Shown here in pieces: positions 9,262 to 18,373 of a stretch of DNA of 64,000 nt. The DNA is from Bacillota bacterium (lineage in GTDB: Bacteria; Vulcanimicrobiota; JAJTBE01), in assembly GCA_021287065.1 (NCBI GenBank), contig JAJTBE010000030.1, positions 106 to 64,105 of the forward strand, read 5' to 3'. Within the stretch, counting starts at the first letter, position 1. Each line of letters opens with the position of its first letter. The notes under the pieces are model-generated. The model worked only from the letters and a program-made list of their open reading frames with translations, did no database searches and was not told the DNA's origin. Made by a program: the position numbers and the translations under genes.

Positions 9262-10125
9262 ATGTTTGTAATCATTGGCTTGATTATTGTATTCGGAGCG
9301 GTGATCGGTGGGTTTGTAATTGAGGGTGGAAAAATCAAACTCCTCATCCAGCCTATTGAACTTATGATTATCGGTGGAGCTGCGCTGGGAAGCCTTTTGG
9401 TTTCTGCGCCGCCGTCACTTCTGATGAAAGTTTTCAAAAAGGTCCTCTCATCGTTTATTCCCAGCAAAAAAGGTTTCAGCAAAAAGTTTTACCTTAATAT
9501 GCTTATGATGCTCAATGAACTTTATTCCGTGGCAAATGCCAACGGTATTATCGCACTTGAGAAACATGTTGAAGAACCTAAGGAAAGCGAAATTTTCAAC
9601 CGCTATCCCGATCTCGTTAAACATTCCAAAGTAATGTCGTTTATCACAGACAGCTTCAGGCTTATGATCATGGGCAGCATCAGCTCCCACGATCTCGAAA
9701 ACATTATGGAAGCTGACGCAGAAATACAACACTCGGAAGGAGCAAAACCCGCCGCACTTCTCCAGAAAATCGGCGATGCCCTTCCCGGCCTCGGAATCGT
9801 TGCCGCCGTGCTTGGTATCGTTATCACCATGCAGGCTATCGGAGGACCCGCAGAGGAAATCGGCCACAAAGTGGCAGTCGCCCTTGTGGGAACATTCCTT
9901 GGAATTCTCCTTTCCTACGGTATGGTTCAGCCCCTTGCCACCAACATCGAACTTGAACACGAAGAAGAACTTAAAGCTTACGATGTTCTTAAATCAGGCA
10001 TAACTGCATATGCAGCTGGCATGCACCCTCTGTTTGCCCTTGAATTCGCAAGACGAAGCATACCCGACAGCGTCCGCCCTTCTTTCAAAGAAATGGAGGA
10101 AGCCATAAAGGGACCCAAGGAATAA
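9262..10125 (+). CDS. motA: Flagellar motor stator protein MotA
   Basis: N-terminus MFVIIGLIIVFGAVIGGFVIEGG, four TM helices, conserved PGLGIVAAVLGIV...AL(V)GTF plug/channel region. Confidence 0.9.
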   Translation: MFVIIGLIIVFGAVIGGFVIEGGKIKLLIQPIELMIIGGAALGSLLVSAPPSLLMKVFKKVLSSFIPSKKGFSKKFYLNMLMMLNELYSVANANGIIALEKHVEEPKESEIFNRYPDLVKHSKVMSFITDSFRLMIMGSISSHDLENIMEADAEIQHSEGAKPAALLQKIGDALPGLGIVAAVLGIVITMQAIGGPAEEIGHKVAVALVGTFLGILLSYGMVQPLATNIELEHEEELKAYDVLKSGITAYAAGMHPLFALEFARRSIPDSVRPSFKEMEEAIKGPKE

Positions 10126-10173
10126 CCTGAAATATAGCTGATATTTCATAGAAAAGGAATTGCCGGTAACACT

Positions 10174-11274
10174 ATGAGCGGAAATCCAAAAGGCGGAAAA
10201 TCGCAGCCTATCATAATTAAAAAAGTAAAAAAAGGAGGCCACGGCGGACACCACGGCGGAGCCTGGAAAGTTGCCTATGCCGACTTTGTTACTGCTATGA
10301 TGGCTCTTTTTATTGTCTTATGGATTGTTGGTCAGAGTGAAAAAGTAAAAGTTGCCATTTCTATGTATTTTAAGGATCCTGAAAAGTTTGAGGAAAAAGT
10401 AAAAGACGGAACCATAGTTCTGCCTGTTTCAACCGGAACCCCCAGTCCCATGCCTTCAGGCAACCTTATGCTGATGAAGACTGAAAAGGACGACACAGAA
10501 CAACTGAAAAAAGAAGCTGAAAATCTCGAAAAAATGGTAACCAGCGATCCTGATCTTAAAAAGTTCAAAGACCAGATTGAAATTAAGATCACTGATGAAG
10601 GCCTTCGTATTGAGCTTTTCGAAAAATCTTCCGGTAACGGAGTCTATTTCGATCTGAGCAGCGCAAAACTTAAACCCGAAGCGGAAAAACTCCTCAACAA
10701 ACTCGCCGGCGAATTAAAGAAACTCCCCAATGATATTTCCGTGGAAGGACACACAGACGCCCGGCAGTTTATTACACAAACCTACACAAACTGGGAATTG
10801 AGTGCAGACAGGGCAAATGCAGCAAGAAGAATCCTCCTGAACGGCGGAATTGCCAAAAAGCAGTTAAGCGAAATCAGGGGATATGCCGACCAGAAACTTA
10901 GAAATCCGGACAGTCCCAATGATTTTTCAAACAGACGCGTCAGTATTCTTCTTAAAAAGAGAATAGTAAAAGAAGATAAACCCGATGACAAACAGGAAAA
11001 GAAGCCTGAAGGTTCAGCTTCTCCTGCTGCTTCAGGCGCACCTGCCGAAGCCCCCGCCGCTCCTGCCGGTGAACATGGCGGAGCACCCGCAGAAGCTCCC
11101 GCTGGTGGACATGGCGAAGCTCCTGCTGCACCTGCAGGCGGACATGGCGAAGCACCCGCTGCACCCGCAGGCGGGCATGGCGAAGCTCCGGCGGCACCCG
11201 CAGGAGAAATGCCTCCACCACCGCCTCCTGAAGCTCCTGCTGCTCCCGCAGCTCCACCTGCCGGAGGGCACTGA
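10174..11274 (+). CDS. motB: Flagellar motor protein MotB (OmpA-like) with a C-terminal GGHGEAPAAPAG tandem-repeat tail
   Basis: GGHGGHHGGAWKVAYADFVTAMMALFIVLW TM/plug region. OmpA-like domain VEGHTDARQF...NWELSADRANAARR. Three and a half 36-bp repeats at 11040-11220. Confidence 0.9.
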   Translation: MSGNPKGGKSQPIIIKKVKKGGHGGHHGGAWKVAYADFVTAMMALFIVLWIVGQSEKVKVAISMYFKDPEKFEEKVKDGTIVLPVSTGTPSPMPSGNLMLMKTEKDDTEQLKKEAENLEKMVTSDPDLKKFKDQIEIKITDEGLRIELFEKSSGNGVYFDLSSAKLKPEAEKLLNKLAGELKKLPNDISVEGHTDARQFITQTYTNWELSADRANAARRILLNGGIAKKQLSEIRGYADQKLRNPDSPNDFSNRRVSILLKKRIVKEDKPDDKQEKKPEGSASPAASGAPAEAPAAPAGEHGGAPAEAPAGGHGEAPAAPAGGHGEAPAAPAGGHGEAPAAPAGEMPPPPPPEAPAAPAAPPAGGH

Positions 11275-11332
11275 TTCTTTTGGGGGGGCGTTCACAGGTG
11301 GCAAGTTTATAATTAAATAGAGGGGATTTACT

Positions 11333-12304
11333 ATGGTTTACCTTTGTGGAATTTTCAGCCGGCTGCGGAAGAATCCGCTTTCAGGCTTTTCACTTATTTT
11401 TGCTCTGGCTTTCCTCGCCACAGTCTTATTTTTGCCTTCGCCTGCTTTGGCACAACAGGCAAAAATCCGCATTGCAGTTATCGAATTTGAACAGGGCAGA
11501 TACCATTTTGACTCTGATAAAATGACCTACAGGGTTGAATCAAGCCTTATCCGGGATGGTGGTTTTGATGTTGTTTCCGGCAAAAAGGTTAAAGAAGCAG
11601 CATCGGAGCTGAAGCTCCCCGATTCAGGTTTTATGAATCAGGAAGATGCTGTGAAAATCGGTCAGAAAGTCGGTGCCGATCTTGTTGTTATGGGAGAAGT
11701 AACCGAATTCAATGTTGACAGATCTTCATTCAGCCCCGGAGTATCCATAGGCAGGGTGAGAGTGGGACGGGTCTATTCCGTTACTGTAAAACTGGTTCTC
11801 ACATCAAAAATGATTGCTGTTCATACAGGCCAGCAGGTTTTTTCAGAAAGTTTCGAAGGCAACAGCCACAGGGAATCACCTGATGTCGGCTACAGCTATG
11901 TAAATATATCCCTTGACGACCCTGATCCCGACTCAATGGCGCAGAAAGTCCAGAAAGAGGCAATGGACAAACTTACAGCCAAAATCAAACAGTCTGCAAC
12001 CGGAGTAAAAACTGCAGGTCCTGCAAAACCGGATTCCGCATCATTAAACGGTTATCTTCTTGCAGTGGAAAAAGAGCAGATTATTACTGATTTGGGAAAA
12101 GAGAGCAAAGTCACCCCCGGTATGTCTTTTTCAGTTTACGAACTCAAATCCTGGACCCACCCACAGACTGGCAAAAAAGTTACAGAAAAAATGAAAGTGG
12201 CAAAAATCAGGATAGTAAGAGTCAATGAAAACACTTCCGTAGCAGAACTGACCGAAGGAGCTCCCTCCGATATAAAAGCAGGCTTGCTGATAGTTCAGGA
12301 ATAA
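11333..12304 (+). CDS. Secreted protein with a CsgG/LpoB-like N-terminal domain (possibly flagellum-associated)
   Basis: Signal peptide ending ALAQQ. The segment RIAVIEFEQ...GADLVVMGEVTEF resembles the CsgG/LpoB/TolB-N fold signature. Sits directly downstream of motAB. Confidence 0.55.
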   Translation: MVYLCGIFSRLRKNPLSGFSLIFALAFLATVLFLPSPALAQQAKIRIAVIEFEQGRYHFDSDKMTYRVESSLIRDGGFDVVSGKKVKEAASELKLPDSGFMNQEDAVKIGQKVGADLVVMGEVTEFNVDRSSFSPGVSIGRVRVGRVYSVTVKLVLTSKMIAVHTGQQVFSESFEGNSHRESPDVGYSYVNISLDDPDPDSMAQKVQKEAMDKLTAKIKQSATGVKTAGPAKPDSASLNGYLLAVEKEQIITDLGKESKVTPGMSFSVYELKSWTHPQTGKKVTEKMKVAKIRIVRVNENTSVAELTEGAPSDIKAGLLIVQE

Positions 12305-12317
12305 CCTCTATGACTGC

Positions 12318-12523
12318 AATACCACTGAATCAGCAAAATGTGCTCAAAACCCCGGTCGGTCCCCTCTAACCCCCCGGTCTCCGGTCGGTCCCCCAATTCA
12401 AAAGTTTTGGGAAGGAGGTCCGGAGGAAACTTTTTTCAAAAAGTTTTCTCTGGGAGCTGGGCATGCGGCTACAATTCTCGTGAGTGAACAGATAAATAAA
12501 TGCCTTAATTCATGAGCATTGGG
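12318..12523 (+). repeat. MITE-like repeat, copy C (internally deleted; retains left end cactgaatcagcaaaatgtgctcaaa and the right half)
   Basis: Alignable to the left terminus and right half of the full copies. Ends aattcatgagcattggg. Confidence 0.8.
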
Positions 12524-12605
12524 AATACCCCCCCTGCCTGCAATGGTCCCGGCAACCAGGTGCAAACGGGGCAACCCATGCCAATAACAGGGGATGTCCC
12601 CATTC

Positions 12606-12915
12606 CACTGAATTATTACAATTTGCTCCAATTCCCAACCCCATATTCTTGTTTTTCAATGAGGGTGGTTCGGAGTAAACCCCGCTTTTCCAAATAGCGT
12701 GGTTCCCTCTGAATGTCCCCAAATTCCCCCGGTTATCTAACCCCCCGGTCTCCGATCGGTCCCCCGATTCAAAAGTTTTGGGATGGCGGGTGCCTGCCTG
12801 CAGGGTGGGCGCGAGGAAACTTTTTTCAAAAAGTTTCCTCTGGGAGCTTGGCACGCGGTTATAATTCTCGTGAGCGATATGATAAATCCATGCCTTAATT
12901 TATAGGCATTAGGGG
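12606..12915 (+). repeat. MITE-like repeat, copy D (full length, 29-bp insertion variant)
   Basis: Begins ccactgaattattacaa..., ends ...catgccttaatttataggcattagg. Contains both internal palindromes and the gggtgcctgcctgcagggtgggcgcgagg insert. Confidence 0.85.
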
Positions 12916-13204
12916 ATGATCCGATGAGATAATATAAAAATTGTGTTTTTCGCAATTCCCAAACCTATTTCAACATCGGATTTGGTAATCTCCTGTTAAA
13001 CCGGATGCCTCTGGAACCAACCCCCGATTTTAATCGGGGGGTAGGCAGAACCCCATAACCACAAGCCCCAACCATTTCTAATGGTTTCCCTTTTATAGAA
13101 TTGTGCCTTTGAGCTGTAACCGTAAATTTGGGATAATCTGATTTTTACCCTGAAAATACTCTTCGAAACAGGTTTTTACACAATTTCACAATCCTGCGTT
13201 ATGA

Positions 13205-13340
13205 ACAAAACTTACTCAAATCCCCAAGCCCAATACTTCTGTTCTTCAGGGAAGGAGGTTCGGAGGAAAACCCGCTTTTCCAAAAAAGCATGGTTCCCTC
13301 TGACGGTCCCCATTCCCCTTGTCGGTCCCCAAATTCCCCC
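13205..13340 (+). repeat. MITE-like repeat, copy E (left half only)
   Basis: tactcaaatccccaagcccaatacttctgttcttcagggaaggaggttcggaggaaaacccgcttttccaaaaaagcatggttccctctgacggtcccc matches the left half of the element. Confidence 0.75.
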
Positions 13341-13638
13341 TTCAGATATTCCTGCTGCAGCACTGCATAAATCATATTGTTTTTGAACCTAAAGGAAAAA
13401 ATACAGTTATTACGAAATTGGTATTTCCTGCGGTATTTCAGATATGACTGCACTAATTATCCATTAAACTGAAACCCTGAGAAACCGGAATAGCCTGAGT
13501 CTGATGAGGGATTAGAAATATTGCCGTGGTTATTACATTTGAAATGTTGGTTTCTGGCAGATGGTAATATTACTTAAAGCTGAACCATCAGTCTTTATCC
13601 GGAAATAACCCAACCGGTTTTGGTTTGGCTGACATCAT

Positions 13639-14571
13639 GTGCAGCCCTTTACAGATAAACATAAAATCAGAGCATATACCATTTTGCGGTATGGAAACAC
13701 AGCATTGACGCAGCGGGCAGACCGGTCCGGCGGGTTTGGCGGATACTGTGTCAGAATGGTATTAGCAGCTTCTTACGGAGGTTGTGTCAAGGTGGAAAAA
13801 ATTACCGAAATTGAATTGCATAATTCCCCCCTTTATGAACTGACAGAGTCGGCAGATAAATACTGCCTTCTGAAAATTACATCTTCACAGCTCAGGGAAG
13901 TTCTGAAAGCCACAAAAAATAAGATTAGTGATTTTGCTGATGAAACCAGAGTTATCATATTTGATGAAAACAAACTCGACGAATTTGAAAATATATATGC
14001 CGGAATAATAGCTGTAATAGAAAATATGCTCAATTTTATCAACAGACCCGGTGCTGAAGAGAAAATTGCGTCTGCTGCCGTGCAGCTCAAAGCATTGAAT
14101 CGTGAACTTATACTTTTTAAAAGATGGTTGATTGCGGAATGCAGGGTAGATGATGCGGAGCAATTGAGGGAAATGCTTCTCGACAGGATAACGGATGAGG
14201 ATGTTATCACCGATAAATATATTGAAGTGGAAAGCATGACAAATGCTGTTCTTGAAGAGAAAATACTCACGGATGAATTTGAGGAATTTATCGATTATAA
14301 AAGGGATGAGATAACAAAAGCCCTTGATGGTTATGATGATTTCTACCTGTCAAAAGACGAATGGACTATGGAAACTGCTCTCGGAGACAAACTTCTCCGG
14401 GAGGGAGCCGGAGAATATCTGGATTCCCTTGAAATGCTCAGGGAATCATGTGTTGCCGGCGATCAGGATTATGCTGAAATTGCCCTCGACAATCTTTTTG
14501 AAGCAAATGTAAAGCTCGTAACCGTGCAGAAATTAGCAGATTATGTCAAAGAACAGGCTGCAATATCATGA
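13639..14571 (+). CDS. Hypothetical acidic alpha-helical protein (start uncertain)
   Basis: 310-aa ORF with no recognisable motifs. Flanked by MITE copies and a long non-coding leader. Confidence 0.4.
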   Translation: MQPFTDKHKIRAYTILRYGNTALTQRADRSGGFGGYCVRMVLAASYGGCVKVEKITEIELHNSPLYELTESADKYCLLKITSSQLREVLKATKNKISDFADETRVIIFDENKLDEFENIYAGIIAVIENMLNFINRPGAEEKIASAAVQLKALNRELILFKRWLIAECRVDDAEQLREMLLDRITDEDVITDKYIEVESMTNAVLEEKILTDEFEEFIDYKRDEITKALDGYDDFYLSKDEWTMETALGDKLLREGAGEYLDSLEMLRESCVAGDQDYAEIALDNLFEANVKLVTVQKLADYVKEQAAIS

Positions 14572-14897
14572 AAATATTTCTGATAACCCTTGACAAATGA
14601 TGCATATTACCTGATATATAAATATATTAATATGAAAGCGGTATTGGTGATTATTATCGCATTTCGGAAAACACCACCGTAAAATTGCATTAATTGTCGG
14701 AATTTAAGCCGGATTATGCCTTTTTATGTTCGAAATACGATTTTGTTTGAGCCGGTTTTCCAAAATAACCGCAGGATTCTGCACTTTCCATCCATATTCA
14801 GGTATGCAGAACAAGTATGCCCTTTTTGCGGCAGCCTGTTGCAGATATTTTGTCAAACTGGTGTCAATCACAATTCCGGGGATAAGTAAAAAGATAA

Positions 14898-17800
14898 TTG
14901 GAGGATTGTATGGATTCCGTAACCAACAGAAATATAAACCAGGTGCAGTCGGCTAAGCCGCAGAACCTTCAGCAGGCACAGAGTAAACCTGCTGTCGTAC
15001 AATCAAAACCGGCTCAGGAAACAAAACAACAGGAGTTCGGCAAGGTCGGAGATCTACAGAATCAACCCCCGGGAGAGGCTAATCCCAAAAAAGCTCTCGC
15101 AGCTACAGGAGCACAGTCAAACTCTGCAAAACAGATTTCAGGCTCCACACAGGAGAATAAGCAGAATCAGCAGGCTCAGCAGAAACAACAGCCTTACAAT
15201 CCGCAAAGAGATACAACGGAACTTTACAGATCCATGCATGGCGGGCTTACCGGCATGGGCACAGATGAAAAAGCACTTTTCAAAGCCCTCGACGGCAAAA
15301 ACCCCGAACAGCTCAACCAACTCAGACAGACTTACAAAGATCACTACAAAAGAGACCTCGACGCAGATATTCGCAGTGAACTCTCCGGCGATGATCTCAA
15401 GAGAGCCGAATCCCTTCTCGGTGGCAATCAGGATAAAGCTGACGCAAATTCCCTCCGCAGTGCCATGTCAGGAGCCGGCACCGATGAACAGGCAATTTTC
15501 AGCAAACTTCAGGGCAAGAGTAAAGAACAGATTGATGCTATAAAAACCCAATACAGGGAAACCTACGGCAAGAGCCTTGATGATGATCTCAAAGGAGACC
15601 TTTCCGGCGATGATCTGAAAAAAGCTCAGGCTCTGCTTTCCGGTGACAACAATAAAGCTGATGCGGCAACTCTCCATAATGCAATGTCCGGAATGGGAAC
15701 CGATGAAGCTTCCATCTATAAAACCCTCGAAGGCAAAGACGCCAAAACAAGAGCAGCTATTCAGGACGCTTACAAGCAGGAATACGGAAGAGATCTCAAT
15801 GCTGATTTTAAAGGCGAAATGAAAGGCGCAGAACTTGACCGCGCCAACGCACTTATGGAAGGCAACGGGGCAAAGGCAGACGCCGCTAAGATGCGTGACG
15901 CCATGTCCGGCATGGGAACAGACGAAAATGCCATCTGGCAGTCCCTCGAAGGCAAGAGTGCGGAAGAACGCAAAGCCATTGCCGATGAGTATAAGAAAAC
16001 CTACGGCAGGGAACTCAGAGACGATTTTAAAAATGAAATGAGCGGAAACGACCTGAAACGCTCGGAAACCCTTCTTGATAAAGGCAAACTCTCTGATGCC
16101 GAAAAACTCCGCTATGCAATGGCAGGAGCAGGTACTGATGAAGATACTATCAGAGATGTCCTCAAAGGCAGAAGCAAAGAGGAAATTGCACAGATTAAAT
16201 CAGATTATCAACAGCAGTTCGGAAGAGATCTCACAAACGATCTCAAAGGCGACCTCTCAGGCAGGGATGAATTTGATGCAATGCAGGATCTAAAGGGTAA
16301 ACCTCAGTCCGCGGAAGAAGCACTGCAGAGAATGAACGAAACAAGGGATTATGAAAGAAAAGGCGTTTTAAACCATGTAAGCCGCAACTTTGTAGATACA
16401 TTCTCCGATAAAGGACAGCTCCTCGATGATAATACAAAGAGAGCTAACGAATTCTATAAAGGTGCCATGCAGGACGGCAAACTCGATGAAGGCGAGAAAA
16501 AGAGACTTTCCGAACTTACAGGATATGTTAATGACGATGTGCAGACCTACAGGGAAGCCAAAGACAGCGCTGCTGAAACTGCCGGAACAGTAGCTGCAAC
16601 AGCCGCTTCAGTGGCGGTGGTTGTAGGAACCGCAGGAACAGCAACTCCCGCAGTGGTAGCCCTCGGAGCCGCTGCCACAGCAGGAGCCGGAGCAAGAGTT
16701 ATGACCAAAGCGGCAATCGGCGGCAAAGGCTACGGCTGGGAAGAAGGAGCCATCGATATGGGCATAGGTGCCGTTGACGGAGCTTCAACCGTAGTCGGCG
16801 GAAAAGCAGGCACAATGGCTGCAAGGGCGACCCTCGAAGCTACAGCGGAAAGCACACTGAGAAAAGCCGGCGCTGATACCACTTCACGGCTGGTAACCAT
16901 GGCTTCAGGAGATATTCTTGAAAGAAACGCTGCAAAACGCGTAATGATCGGAGCCGTTGAAGGCGCTGTTGACGGCAGCGCAGGCGGCGGTATGTCAGGA
17001 GCCGGTGCTTCAGTTATCAGAGATGGAACCTGGGACCACGGTTTTGGCGAAGGCTTGAAACGAGTCGGCACTGAAACAGCGATGGGTGTGGGCGTCGGAG
17101 CTGCAGCAGGCGGTGTAATATCCGGCGGAATGTCTGCAAGAGCAGGCGGAGGCTCCCATCTGGTTGATGACTCCAAAGTCTGGATCACTAACAACCATGA
17201 AAACAACTTCGGCAGAAACTATGGACATATGGAAGATATGATCGAGGTCAATAAAGCCCTTGAACCTAATCCTCCGTCTTTCAAATATAAAATTTCCACA
17301 GGCGAAGAAGTTGATCTGAAAATTTATGGGTCAACCAACAAACAGCAAATTGAAAATATCCATCAGTCAGTTAATGACCTTGCGGCAAAAGGTGGAGACA
17401 GAGCTATACTGAACCTTAGGGAAATACACATAAGAAACAAAGTAGGCCAGTTTACCAACGAAGCCGGAGTTCCAATACCCCATTCGGAAGTAGGCGGTTT
17501 AGGCGGAAGTAATTATGGGGAAATGGTAATACAGGCGGAATCTGCTTCCACAAGAAGCGGAGCAGATCATGTCGTTCATCATGAAGTTGGACACAATATA
17601 GATGCAAATATGGGAATTGGACACCACTGGGTTTCTGATGCAGTTGATACGCCATTCGGCAAAGGTGCTTCCGTATCAGCCTACGGTTCGAAAAATGCCG
17701 CTGAAGATTTTGCGGAAACCCATAGAGAGCTGATTTCCAACTGGGATAAAATTCAGGCGGATCCCGATAGATACCTCCATTACAATGGCGATGTCGGAAA

Positions 17801-18290
17801 CAAATACAAATGGATGCTCGAAAATGTTTATGAGAAGGAAATCAAACCTCCCACACCACCTCAGGAATATGCAAGACGGGTTTTTGCAGAAAACAACCCT
17901 GCAGGAGCAGCCGGCGGAACTAACAGTATGTTTGGCGGAATGGGCGGCATGACCGGTGGCGGTGGAATGGGCGGCGGAATGCTCGGCGGCATTAACAGCA
18001 TGCCTCCTGAAAAAATCGCAGAATTCCTGAGAACTCCGGAGGGGAATAAGATGCTTACGAACTTCTCACCTCTGCTTAAAGATGCCGGACCTGAACAGCT
18101 TGAACAGGCTATCGAACAGCTTTCCAGAAATCCCGGTATGCTCGGCGGAGCCGGAGCCTTCGGAGGCGGTATGACCGGTGGCGGTATGATGGGCGGTTTC
18201 GGCGGAGCGGGAAATTCCGGCGGAAGCATGGGCGGCGGAATGCTTGGCGGCCCTCCCAATATGGGCTTCAAACCTCTGAGACCCCAGTAA
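14898..18290 (+). CDS. Giant multidomain protein: Q-rich N-terminus, at least five annexin repeats, a Gly/Ala-rich hydrophobic segment, an MtfA/anthrax-LF-like gluzincin domain (HEVGH...EDFAETH) and a Gly/Met-rich tail
   Basis: Five copies of the annexin endonexin-fold signature with the helix-turn pattern (GMGTDEKALFKAL, GAGTDEQAIFSKL, GMGTDEASIYKTL, GMGTDENAIWQSL, GAGTDEDTIRDVL), each followed by ...Y...YG..L..D(L/F)K.(D/E)(L/M)SG.... The HHEVGHNID sequence at 17577-17594 and the downstream YGSKNAAEDFAETH resemble the M90/MtfA-like zincin HExxH...E arrangement. The tail is GGMGGMTGGGGMGGGMLGG. Confidence 0.85.
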   Translation: MEDCMDSVTNRNINQVQSAKPQNLQQAQSKPAVVQSKPAQETKQQEFGKVGDLQNQPPGEANPKKALAATGAQSNSAKQISGSTQENKQNQQAQQKQQPYNPQRDTTELYRSMHGGLTGMGTDEKALFKALDGKNPEQLNQLRQTYKDHYKRDLDADIRSELSGDDLKRAESLLGGNQDKADANSLRSAMSGAGTDEQAIFSKLQGKSKEQIDAIKTQYRETYGKSLDDDLKGDLSGDDLKKAQALLSGDNNKADAATLHNAMSGMGTDEASIYKTLEGKDAKTRAAIQDAYKQEYGRDLNADFKGEMKGAELDRANALMEGNGAKADAAKMRDAMSGMGTDENAIWQSLEGKSAEERKAIADEYKKTYGRELRDDFKNEMSGNDLKRSETLLDKGKLSDAEKLRYAMAGAGTDEDTIRDVLKGRSKEEIAQIKSDYQQQFGRDLTNDLKGDLSGRDEFDAMQDLKGKPQSAEEALQRMNETRDYERKGVLNHVSRNFVDTFSDKGQLLDDNTKRANEFYKGAMQDGKLDEGEKKRLSELTGYVNDDVQTYREAKDSAAETAGTVAATAASVAVVVGTAGTATPAVVALGAAATAGAGARVMTKAAIGGKGYGWEEGAIDMGIGAVDGASTVVGGKAGTMAARATLEATAESTLRKAGADTTSRLVTMASGDILERNAAKRVMIGAVEGAVDGSAGGGMSGAGASVIRDGTWDHGFGEGLKRVGTETAMGVGVGAAAGGVISGGMSARAGGGSHLVDDSKVWITNNHENNFGRNYGHMEDMIEVNKALEPNPPSFKYKISTGEEVDLKIYGSTNKQQIENIHQSVNDLAAKGGDRAILNLREIHIRNKVGQFTNEAGVPIPHSEVGGLGGSNYGEMVIQAESASTRSGADHVVHHEVGHNIDANMGIGHHWVSDAVDTPFGKGASVSAYGSKNAAEDFAETHRELISNWDKIQADPDRYLHYNGDVGNKYKWMLENVYEKEIKPPTPPQEYARRVFAENNPAGAAGGTNSMFGGMGGMTGGGGMGGGMLGGINSMPPEKIAEFLRTPEGNKMLTNFSPLLKDAGPEQLEQAIEQLSRNPGMLGGAGAFGGGMTGGGMMGGFGGAGNSGGSMGGGMLGGPPNMGFKPLRPQ

Positions 18291-18307
18291 TATAGTCGTA
18301 AAATTGT

Positions 18308-18342
18308 AACCGGGGGGCATAATTATAAAGCCCCCCGCCTTG
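18308..18342 (+). terminator. GC-rich hairpin (attenuator/terminator-like) between the annexin gene and the downstream small ORF
   Basis: ccggggggc-ataattataaa-gccccccgcc. It lacks a clean T-run, so it may be only a partial terminator. Confidence 0.4.
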
Positions 18343-18373
18343 AAATATAAAAACACCCTCAGGAGGGGTTAAT

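Noticed and set aside
13480-13540. Hammerhead-ribozyme-like motif (CTGATGA ... GAAA) in the non-coding region before the 13639 ORF
   Set aside because: No complementary stem II between the boxes (ggga/tta cannot pair) and no plausible stems I/III, so this is a chance match.
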